Assembly (NCBI GenBank): GCA_022709735.1 | Contig: JAKLIG010000002.1 | Coordinates: 130,028-194,027, forward strand | Reading direction: 5' to 3' | Source of the DNA: Patescibacteria group bacterium | GTDB lineage: Bacteria; Patescibacteriota; Minisyncoccia; Moranbacterales; UBA2206 | DNA: 64,000 nt | Part shown: in pieces, positions 55,283 through 62,442 of the stretch | How the letters are laid out: each line of letters starts with the position of its first letter | How positions within the stretch are numbered: position 1 is the first letter of the stretch | Program-made: the position numbers and the translations under genes | Notes under the pieces: generated by a model | The model's database searches: none | What the model saw: only the letters and a program-made list of their open reading frames with translations | Told to the model about the DNA's origin: nothing

Positions 55283-56596
55283 ATGGCTAAAGCCAAGAAA
55301 AAAAAGAAAAAAATTTCTAAGAAAAAACCTGCTTCCAAAAAACTCAGAAAAAAAGCATCCGTTCGAAGAAAGAAAATCGCTAAGAAAAAAACTAAACTCA
55401 AGCGCAAGGTCAAAAAAGTTTTTCGCAAAAAAAAGCGCGAAGAGAAGAAAGTAAAAAAGATTTCAAAATCGACGGAAGAAAAAAACGCTAAAAGGCGCGA
55501 TGATATTGACGAGTTAGTTTATCGTGGGAAACAGAGAGGTTTTATCACGGAAGACGAAATTTTGCATGCTATTCCGGACGCGGAAAGAGAAATTGAAAAA
55601 TTAGAAGAACTTTATGAAAAGTTGGAAAAGAAAAGTATCCGGGTGATCAATTCTGATGAGATGATACGAATGGAAACGGACAAAATTTCTGAAAATCTGG
55701 ACAAGCAAAAATCCAGCAAGAGAAAAGCAAAAAAAGATACGCTGGATGTTGGCGCTTCCGAGGAAGCTTCCTCGGATCTTGTGCAAATGTATCTTCGGGA
55801 AATCGGCCGAGTAGATCTTTTGAGCACTGAAGAAGAAATATCTTTGGCAAAAAGAATTGAAAAGGGAGATCTTATGGCCAAGCAAAGACTCACTGAAGCC
55901 AACCTTCGCTTAGTAGTGAGTATCGCCAAAAAATATGTTGGAAGATCACACAATCTTTCTCTTTTGGATTTGATCCAGGAAGGAAATATCGGGCTTTTTC
56001 GGGCGGTCGAAAAATTTGATTATCGAAAGGGGTATAAATTTTCTACTTATGCGACTTGGTGGATTCGTCAAGCAGTGACAAGAGCGCTGGCTGATCAATC
56101 TCGAACAATTCGCATTCCAGTGCATATGGTGGAGACAATTAATAAGTATACGCAGGTAACAAGGAGGCTCGTGCAAGATCTTGGAAGAGAACCACTACCA
56201 GAAGAAATCGCAGTGGAAATGGGAATCGAGGTGGATAAAATTCGCCACATTCAAAAAATTTCTCAAGAGACAGTATCGCTGGAAACTTCTGTCGGTGACA
56301 GCGATGATGACAGCGTACTTGGAGATTTTATCGAAGATACAGAAACAGTAATGCCAAATCAAATCGCTTCGAGAAAAATGCTCAAGGAACATGTAGCGGA
56401 AATTCTAAAAGATCTTACCCCAAGAGAACAAAAAATTCTAAAAATTCGTTTCGGCTTGGAAGACGGCGTGACACATACTTTGGAAGAAGTGGGGCAGGAA
56501 TTTGGCGTAACGAGGGAAAGAATTCGGCAGATTGAAGCCAAAGCGCTGGAAAAAATTCGTGATCATGGGACGATCAAAAAGCTTAGAGATTACTAA
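55283..56596 (+). CDS. rpoD: RNA polymerase sigma-70 factor RpoD with a Lys-rich N-terminal extension
   Basis: Region 2 [40 protein letters not shown]; region 4 ...[14 protein letters not shown]... Confidence 0.95.
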   Translation: MAKAKKKKKKISKKKPASKKLRKKASVRRKKIAKKKTKLKRKVKKVFRKKKREEKKVKKISKSTEEKNAKRRDDIDELVYRGKQRGFITEDEILHAIPDAEREIEKLEELYEKLEKKSIRVINSDEMIRMETDKISENLDKQKSSKRKAKKDTLDVGASEEASSDLVQMYLREIGRVDLLSTEEEISLAKRIEKGDLMAKQRLTEANLRLVVSIAKKYVGRSHNLSLLDLIQEGNIGLFRAVEKFDYRKGYKFSTYATWWIRQAVTRALADQSRTIRIPVHMVETINKYTQVTRRLVQDLGREPLPEEIAVEMGIEVDKIRHIQKISQETVSLETSVGDSDDDSVLGDFIEDTETVMPNQIASRKMLKEHVAEILKDLTPREQKILKIRFGLEDGVTHTLEEVGQEFGVTRERIRQIEAKALEKIRDHGTIKKLRDY

Positions 56597-56620
56597 AAAG
56601 ATATCCACATATCCGCATTT

Positions 56621-56646
56621 GACAAAAAATGTAGGTATGCTAAATT
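56621..56646 (+). promoter_or_regulatory. sigma70-like promoter TTGACA-16-TAAATT driving leader ORF 1 (transcript essentially leaderless)
   Basis: ttgaca(56621-56626) aaaaatgtaggtatgc taaatt(56641-56646); ATG at 56656. Confidence 0.5.
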
Positions 56647-56655
56647 AGCCTTGTT

Positions 56656-56754
56656 ATGAAGAACATGCAAACTAAATTTTATTTTATATTGTCTTTGATT
56701 ATTATTCTGGTCCTCAAGACCGGTCTTGGTTTGCATGAAATGAAAAAGGCATAA
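56656..56754 (+). CDS. 32-codon leader peptide, Ile/Leu/Val-rich (MKNMQTKFYFILSLIIILVLKTGLGLHEMKKA)
   Basis: Frame conserved with the paralog at 57575; three consecutive ATT Ile codons plus Leu/Val codons sit just 5' of the region-1/2 stems. Confidence 0.5.
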   Translation: MKNMQTKFYFILSLIIILVLKTGLGLHEMKKA

Positions 56755-56810
56755 AAGTAAATCCATTTCAAATAAACCAAGGCCGATCTCGTAAAAAGGA
56801 TCGGTTTTTT
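56714..56810 (+). promoter_or_regulatory. transcription attenuator: palindrome 1:2 (CAAGACC/GGTCTTG), antiterminator 2:3 (56718-56732 with 56774-56788, 14/15 bp), terminator 3:4 (CCGATC 56783-56788 / GATCGG 56799-56804 + TTTTTT)
   Basis: Mutually exclusive pairings read directly from the sequence; a U-run follows the terminator. Confidence 0.55.
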
Positions 56811-56826
56811 AGTTCTTTGAGAAAAA

Positions 56827-56881
56827 TTTGATAGCTAAAATAGGGTTTTAATAAATTTAAATCTTTATTTTGGCTATCAAA
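56827..56881. repeat. 15-bp inverted repeat TTTGATAGCTAAAAT ... ATTTTGGCTATCAAA (one G-U) with a 25-nt spacer, between the attenuator and the next SD
   Basis: Read directly. Confidence 0.5.
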
Positions 56882-56907
56882 TAAAACAATTTTAAAGGAA
56901 GGTAATT

Positions 56908-57099
56908 ATGATAATAAATATATTAGATGAAAAAGTAGGTGCGCCAGCTGGAGAATATGATGTATGGGGAGAAGATCAAACAGAAACATTATTATTTCTT
57001 AAACCTAAATCAAAAAAAAGTTGCAGAGAAACCTTATTGTATATAAATAAAATTAATCTGCAATCATTAAAGGATAGAGGAATGATAAAAGTTGACTAG
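56908..57099 (+). CDS. small hypothetical protein (63 aa)
   Basis: Strong SD aaggaagg 5 nt before ATG; no known family. Confidence 0.45.
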   Translation: MIINILDEKVGAPAGEYDVWGEDQTETLLFLKPKSKKSCRETLLYINKINLQSLKDRGMIKVD

Positions 57100-57157
57100 A
57101 AGAGTGTGTGGAGGTATAGCATAAACAAGAAAAGAAAAATAAAAAGGAGAGGCGAAA

Positions 57158-57361
57158 ATGAAGCAAAAGACAGTAGGTGCAGATGAGGATAGCACCCCCG
57201 GGATTAAAAGATCAAAAAACCTGGTGTCTCTTTTTGGCAAAAGAGTGATTCCAGGGGTAAGAGTTATTGGCATAGCAGGGCTCGGAAACGAGGAATCTGA
57301 CGAAAATAATGCAGGAGTGGCAAACTTATCGCCACCTCCTGGCAGAGAACCTTTCTTCTAA
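57158..57361 (+). CDS. small hypothetical protein (67 aa), Gly/acidic-rich C-terminus ending PPPGREPFF
   Basis: Strong SD aaaaggagagg; no known family. Confidence 0.45.
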   Translation: MKQKTVGADEDSTPGIKRSKNLVSLFGKRVIPGVRVIGIAGLGNEESDENNAGVANLSPPPGREPFF

Positions 57362-57528
57362 AAAATGAGAGAAAATCCTCTCGAAAAATTTTGGCAGGGC
57401 CTCGATGTCTACAAGACATTCTATGTCTGATGGGGCTTAACCATAAGCTCCAGTGCCAAAAAAACAAGGGGAAAGGTGACACAATCACTTTTTCCCTTGC
57501 ATCTAAAATCAAATTAAATTTTTATATA

Positions 57529-57556
57529 TTGACAGAATCTCAGCAGATGATAAACT
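57529..57556 (+). promoter_or_regulatory. sigma70-like promoter TTGACA-16-TAAACT driving leader ORF 2
   Basis: ttgaca(57529-57534) gaatctcagcagatga taaact(57551-57556). Confidence 0.5.
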
Positions 57557-57574
57557 GATAAAGTAAAAAAAGAA

Positions 57575-57673
57575 ATGTCAAAACAAACCAGCCAAAAATT
57601 TTATAGCTTTAATTACTTTTATTTCTGGTTTAGCCAGATCGGTTTTGTTTTGCATAAAATGAAAAAAATATAA
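57575..57673 (+). CDS. 32-codon leader peptide, Phe/Tyr/Trp-rich (MSKQTSQKFYSFNYFYFWFSQIGFVLHKMKKI)
   Basis: Same length, same C-terminal motif (LH.MKK.*) and same position relative to the stems as leader 1; 6 Phe + 3 Tyr + 1 Trp codons clustered before the stems. Confidence 0.5.
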   Translation: MSKQTSQKFYSFNYFYFWFSQIGFVLHKMKKI

Positions 57674-57727
57674 GACATTATTCATTTTAGATAAACCAAA
57701 GCCGATCTCACGCGAGACCGGTTTTTT
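57624..57727 (+). promoter_or_regulatory. transcription attenuator, paralog of 56714-56810: 1:2 TCTGG/CCAGA, antiterminator 57635-57651 with 57693-57709, terminator CCGATCTC-acgc-GAGACCGG + TTTTTT (57702-57727)
   Basis: Antiterminator 3' strand overlaps the terminator 5' arm; a compensatory C-G to U-A change relative to copy 1. Confidence 0.55.
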
Positions 57728-57812
57728 AGTTCTTTAAAACAATACACCAAAATTTTAAAATATTTGTTTAAATTACAAAAACACAACAAATAAAAGAAAG
57801 AAAGGAGTACAG

Positions 57813-58709
57813 ATGAGCACACTAATTGAATTTCAAGGATGGAGATTTACTACTTCAAATGTAACGGAAATTTTTTCGAAAGAAGCAGAGGGGCAAGCAA
57901 TCAGTGAGCTAAATAACTGGAAAGGCAATTTTCCGGTTGAAGAAACATGGGTGCAAAGGACTCTTGGTATTCCATCTCTGATTGTTCGCCTAGATTGCGT
58001 TGTTAAAAACGGGAAATTATTAATCTTTGAGATTGAAGAACGTCCCGCTGGAATTGGCGTAACGACCATATTAAATCCAGTTTTTTCCAAAAAATTCAAC
58101 AATTTAAGGAATGGCTGGCCAGAAATTAAATCAGTAGTAACAAAAGAGAGAAGTTCATGCGACGATTATTTATGGACGGAGTGCATCCCTATTGAAGTAG
58201 CTGAAAAAGATGATTGCTTGCTTCTCGTTCGTGCTGAACCGGAAGAAACGCAATTTCATAAATTTGTTTCTCGCTCTGTTAGCACGGTAATTACCAAGGG
58301 CGATAAACAATATGGCAAAGAAATGGGGTTGTGGGAAGAGGTGTCAATAACCGATTTTTATCGATTGCCATGGGATTCTGGATTTTGCTTGAAGCCTCTT
58401 AAGGGCTCAAAATGCAGAAATGTTGAAATCTGGCATCCTATTTTTGCGAAAAAGAAGAGTGGCATAGGTGGCATATCAACAAAATCCCGAATCCAGAAAG
58501 TCTTGGGATCCTATGGCAAGATGTATCTGCAAAAATTTATCGAACCCATGGAAAAACCTGGTGACAAATCCCTAATGATGGCCTATCGAGTTTTTTTTGG
58601 TTATGATTTATCAATCAAAGAGTATAGATATTTAGGTGGCGCTTGGAATGCCAGAGCAAATATTAAAATTCACGGAACACCGGATACTATAATGGGTGCT
58701 GTGAACTGA
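57813..58709 (+). CDS. hypothetical protein (298 aa), no recognised family
   Basis: SD aaaggag; immediately downstream of the aromatic-leader attenuator. Confidence 0.5.
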   Translation: MSTLIEFQGWRFTTSNVTEIFSKEAEGQAISELNNWKGNFPVEETWVQRTLGIPSLIVRLDCVVKNGKLLIFEIEERPAGIGVTTILNPVFSKKFNNLRNGWPEIKSVVTKERSSCDDYLWTECIPIEVAEKDDCLLLVRAEPEETQFHKFVSRSVSTVITKGDKQYGKEMGLWEEVSITDFYRLPWDSGFCLKPLKGSKCRNVEIWHPIFAKKKSGIGGISTKSRIQKVLGSYGKMYLQKFIEPMEKPGDKSLMMAYRVFFGYDLSIKEYRYLGGAWNARANIKIHGTPDTIMGAVN

Positions 58710-58782
58710 TTGGTGTATAATTGCTAGGAGGTGGCTCAAGCCACTTCCTAGCACAATCTAAAAATTTAATTTTAAAATAGCA

Positions 58783-59859
58783 ATGGACAATATAGCTAAA
58801 TTAGCATCAGAATTGATTAAGTTTAAATCAATTAAGGAAAATATTTCAGAAAGAAAAAGAATAGTTTCATTTGTAAAAACACAATTTAAAAATGTTCCTG
58901 TTTTTATAAAGGAATTTGATAAAAATAATAATCCTTCGATAATTATAACTTTAAAAAAAGAAAAATGCCCAAAGATTTTTTTAATTGGGCATCTTGATGT
59001 AGTCCTTGCTAATGATTCACAATTTCAATCTAAGATTAAAGATAAAAAATTGTTCGGAAGAGGCGCGGGTGATATGAAATTAGCAGATGCAGTTATGATA
59101 GAAGTAGTAAAATATTTTGCAAAAAAGAAAAGAAAACTTTCTCTGGGATTGATGTTAACTACTGATGAAGAAACAGGTGGATTTAATGGTGTGAATTTTT
59201 TATTAAATAATAAAAAATATTCTTCAAAGTTGGCGATTATACCTGATGGAGGACCAAATTTAAAAAATATTATAGTAAATCAAAAGGGTGTATTACATCT
59301 AAAGCTAAAATCTTTTGGGATATCAGCACATGCCTCTAGGCCTTTTTTGGGACAAAATGCCATAGATGATTTATATTTAAAATATTTAAAAATTAGAAAA
59401 ATTATTCCATTTACTGAGAAAAATGAATGGAAAGATACCATGAGTCTGGGAAAATTTTATGGCGGGGAAGCAATAAATAAAGTGCCTGATTATGCAGAAA
59501 TGTTTATAGATATAAGATATATAAAGGATAATGGGAAGAAAATAATTTTAAAAAAAATAAGCAACATTGTTAATTGGGAACTTATTTCTCATGGAAAGTC
59601 TCTTGTTCAGAGTACGAAGAATATTTATTTAAAAGAATTTAAAAAATTGTTAAAAAGCGAAACAGGCGATGAAGTTTTTTTCAGCAAGGTTGAGGGCTCT
59701 TCTGACGCAAGATTTTTTTCCGAAAATAAAATTCCTGTTATTATAACAAGAATAAATTGTGGCAATATACATGGTGAAAATGAATGGGGCGATTTGGAAG
59801 AAGCTAATATTTTTCAAGATGTTTTAAAAAAATTTATAAATAAAATTTGTGATCATTAA
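58783..59859 (+). CDS. M20-family metallopeptidase (ArgE/DapE/dipeptidase-like)
   Basis: IFLIGHLDVV...GRGAGDMK...LTTDEETGG metal-binding and catalytic motifs of the M20 family. Confidence 0.7.
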   Translation: MDNIAKLASELIKFKSIKENISERKRIVSFVKTQFKNVPVFIKEFDKNNNPSIIITLKKEKCPKIFLIGHLDVVLANDSQFQSKIKDKKLFGRGAGDMKLADAVMIEVVKYFAKKKRKLSLGLMLTTDEETGGFNGVNFLLNNKKYSSKLAIIPDGGPNLKNIIVNQKGVLHLKLKSFGISAHASRPFLGQNAIDDLYLKYLKIRKIIPFTEKNEWKDTMSLGKFYGGEAINKVPDYAEMFIDIRYIKDNGKKIILKKISNIVNWELISHGKSLVQSTKNIYLKEFKKLLKSETGDEVFFSKVEGSSDARFFSENKIPVIITRINCGNIHGENEWGDLEEANIFQDVLKKFINKICDH

Positions 59860-59897
59860 ATATTTTTTAATAAACATCTGGAGAAAAGAATTGAAAT

Positions 59898-60497
59898 TTA
59901 GTAAACCTTTTTATAATAGAAGTCGACATCAGCGATCCATTTGGAAACACTTTCATCACTATGTGTGGAGCAATCCCAACCGCATTTCCAAACAATCATT
60001 TTTGCTGGCGTATTAAGGTCGGAATTATCAGCTAATTCATTTATTCTTCGAGAAACGGTGCTTACTGCTTCTCTCGGATTTCTAAAGCAAGTATAACCGC
60101 TTGGAGTTACATTTTCGCCCTGTCCTCGATAACCCCAATAATTATAACAATCCTTTCCATTAAGGTGCGGAGAATATTTTCCCCAGTTACTTTCCTTTTT
60201 GGCGATGCCAATGAGAAAAGCAGCCGTTGATTTTTTTTGAGCGGAAATATATGGCACCATTTTTTCCATTGGATAGCCGGAAATCAAGCTTTGAATATTT
60301 TTTTCCAGAGGAGTTATAATTTTTTCTTTGACTTCATCGTTAAAGCCCAAAAATGATTTAGTCGCGCCTAAGATCAAAAGATCGAAAGAAAAGGCTAAAA
60401 AAATCATGGCAAAAAGAAAAGCTTTTTTGTTAAAAAACTCTTCTGGCGAAGGGATAATTACTTTTTTTGAAAATATTTTTTTAACCTTTTTCCACAT
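59898..60497 (-). CDS. membrane-anchored putative peptidoglycan hydrolase (lysozyme/glucosaminidase-like ESNWG motif)
   Basis: N-terminal TM; IAKKESNWGKY resembles the GH73/GH23 catalytic-Glu region; weak assignment. Confidence 0.35.
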   Translation of the reverse strand: MWKKVKKIFSKKVIIPSPEEFFNKKAFLFAMIFLAFSFDLLILGATKSFLGFNDEVKEKIITPLEKNIQSLISGYPMEKMVPYISAQKKSTAAFLIGIAKKESNWGKYSPHLNGKDCYNYWGYRGQGENVTPSGYTCFRNPREAVSTVSRRINELADNSDLNTPAKMIVWKCGWDCSTHSDESVSKWIADVDFYYKKVY

Positions 60498-60517
60498 AAA
60501 TTTGGCTTAATAAAAGC

Positions 60518-60546
60518 ACAAAACGGGCTTTCACCCGTTTTTTTTA
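60518..60546. terminator. bidirectional intrinsic terminator
   Basis: AAACGGG-ctttca-CCCGTTT flanked by A-run and T-run. Confidence 0.65.
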
Positions 60547-60597
60547 TTCTTTCATTACAACCTCATTATAGCATAATTTAGGCCAAAATGCAAGGAT

Positions 60598-61524
60598 TTA
60601 GAAATTACAAGTTCCGGAGTTTGCACAGCCAGAATAATCCAGCTTATTTTGATCTCGGACGATATCTTTTTTTGTGCTGATTTTATAGCGATAGGTGGGG
60701 GAAGGATTGGCGCTATAATTGTTAGCTTGAGAATCGGAAACCGATTGATTTGATGAAGAATTACTATTAGTTGATGAAACAACTTGATTGTTCACGACAG
60801 TCAAAACAGTATTGCCATTTTGAGCTTCGTAGGTGAATTTTGATCCGTCATCGGAAAAAGAAAAACTCAAAACATCATCGTAGCCTTGGCTTTTTTGCCC
60901 ATTGACTACGACATAGATTTTATCATTTTCTTTTATAACATAGGCAATTTTGCTTCCATCATCATTCATAATTATGGCCGAAGAATTTCCATTGGCATCT
61001 TTCGCTACGGCTATTTCTTTGAAAGATTTGCTTTCTTTTAGCGTTTCGGTAATATTTTGAATTTCAGCGCTAATGACCACATAGGAATTTTCATCTTTAG
61101 TGGCGACAAAGGCGATTGTTTTTCCGTCTTTGCTGAAAGTAATATAATTGGATTTTTGATAGGCATTTATTTCCTGGGTATTATTAATGACAACATAAGC
61201 TTGGCCGCCAACCTCGGCGTTATAAGCGATTTGGCTTCCGTCAGAACTAAAAACCGGGTTGGAAACAAAATCATAAGATTTTCCTTCTTCGCCGTTCCAA
61301 ATCACCGACCATTGGTCGCCCTTTTTAATTTTGTAAACTGTGCTTTTACCGTTTGAGGCGAAAAAAATATCCGGATTTTCCTGGGCGGGTGTATTTTGAG
61401 TAGCTATTGGAGCGCTGACTTCAGCTGGTTTTTTTGATTTGCTCCAAATAATTGCAAAAATAACCAGGGCGGAAAATAAAACAATTAGAAGCACGGGCAA
61501 CACTATATTTTTATTTTTTTCCAT
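60598..61524 (-). CDS. secreted/membrane-anchored beta-propeller-repeat protein (TolB/PD40-like repeats DGS.IAY...YVV x4) with a Cys-rich C-terminus
   Basis: Repeats DGSQIAYNAEVGGQAYVV, DGKTIAFVATKDENSYVV, DGSKIAYVIKENDKIYVV, DGSKFTYEAQNGNTVLTV. Confidence 0.5.
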   Translation of the reverse strand: MEKNKNIVLPVLLIVLFSALVIFAIIWSKSKKPAEVSAPIATQNTPAQENPDIFFASNGKSTVYKIKKGDQWSVIWNGEEGKSYDFVSNPVFSSDGSQIAYNAEVGGQAYVVINNTQEINAYQKSNYITFSKDGKTIAFVATKDENSYVVISAEIQNITETLKESKSFKEIAVAKDANGNSSAIIMNDDGSKIAYVIKENDKIYVVVNGQKSQGYDDVLSFSFSDDGSKFTYEAQNGNTVLTVVNNQVVSSTNSNSSSNQSVSDSQANNYSANPSPTYRYKISTKKDIVRDQNKLDYSGCANSGTCNF

Positions 61525-61627
61525 TTTATTTTTTAATAATTTACGCTTTTATAATAGCACAAAAAACATTGTCAGAAAAACTAACTTTTGGAACGAGTTG
61601 ACGATATTTAAGGAAAGGTGGTAAATT

Positions 61628-62308
61628 GTGAAAATGGAAAAGAAAAATTTCAAATATTTTGATATTATAATGGCTGTCTTTGTGGCAGTGCTTTTGATAT
61701 CTAATATTGCTTCAACGAAGATTCTGGTGCTTTGGAAATTTACTTTCGATGGTGGAACAATTTTGTTTCCCTTGAGTTATATTTTTGGAGATATTTTAAC
61801 CGAAGTCTATGGCTACAAAAAATCGCGAAAAGTTATTTGGACGGGATTTTTTTGTTCTGGCCTTATGTCTTTGATTTTAATGATTGTAAATTTTTTGCCA
61901 GCGGCTAGCGATTGGCCTTATCAAGAGGCTTTCAATGATATTTTGGGGCTGACGCCTCGGATTGTATTAGCCAGCCTCATCGCATACTTTGCGGGGGAAT
62001 TTTCTAATTCATATATACTAGCGAAAATAAAAATATTGATGTCTGGAAAAAGTCTTTGGGTGAGAACAATTGGTTCAACTTTGGCAGGGGAATTAGTAGA
62101 CACATTATTTTTTATTCTAATTGCTTTTTATGGAATATTACCAAACGGACTTTTGTTGGCAGTCTTTGTTTCAAATTATATATTCAAATGCGGAGTAGAA
62201 ATTTTGTTCACTCCTGTTACTTATAAAGTTGTTAGGTTTTTGAAAAAAAATGAAGAAGAAGATTATTATGATTATGATACTAATTTTAATCCTTTCTCGT
62301 TGAGATAA
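61628..62308 (+). CDS. yhhQ: queuosine-precursor transporter (YhhQ/DUF165, VUT family)
   Basis: ...YFDIIMAVFVAVLLISNIASTKIL...FPLSYIFGDILTEVYGYKKSRKVIWTGF... typical of the DUF165 family. Confidence 0.6.
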   Translation: MKMEKKNFKYFDIIMAVFVAVLLISNIASTKILVLWKFTFDGGTILFPLSYIFGDILTEVYGYKKSRKVIWTGFFCSGLMSLILMIVNFLPAASDWPYQEAFNDILGLTPRIVLASLIAYFAGEFSNSYILAKIKILMSGKSLWVRTIGSTLAGELVDTLFFILIAFYGILPNGLLLAVFVSNYIFKCGVEILFTPVTYKVVRFLKKNEEEDYYDYDTNFNPFSLR

Positions 62309-62394
62309 TGCTTTTTTCCTTGACAAAAATGCTTTTTTGCTATATGTTAGTGAGACTGAAAAATTAGGTTTTAGCTTATAGTTTTTAGCTGATA

Positions 62395-62432
62395 AATATT
62401 TTTCTAAAAGCTAACAGCTAATACCTAAAAGC
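62395..62432 (+). promoter_or_regulatory. conserved 30-nt motif CTAAAAGCTAACAGCTAATNCCTAAAAGCTA immediately upstream of a start codon (second copy on the minus strand at 26705-26745, upstream of the DHH phosphoesterase gene)
   Basis: Both copies are in the same orientation relative to their gene and end 6-9 nt before the ATG. Confidence 0.45.
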
Positions 62433-62442
62433 TATAAATATT

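Noticed and set aside
61530-61627. Possible preQ1-I riboswitch upstream of the YhhQ-type transporter
   Set aside because: An AAAAACUAA tail motif is present (cagaaaaactaac), and YhhQ genes are often riboswitch-controlled, but I could not find the P1 hairpin that must precede it. Needs a covariance-model scan; not called.
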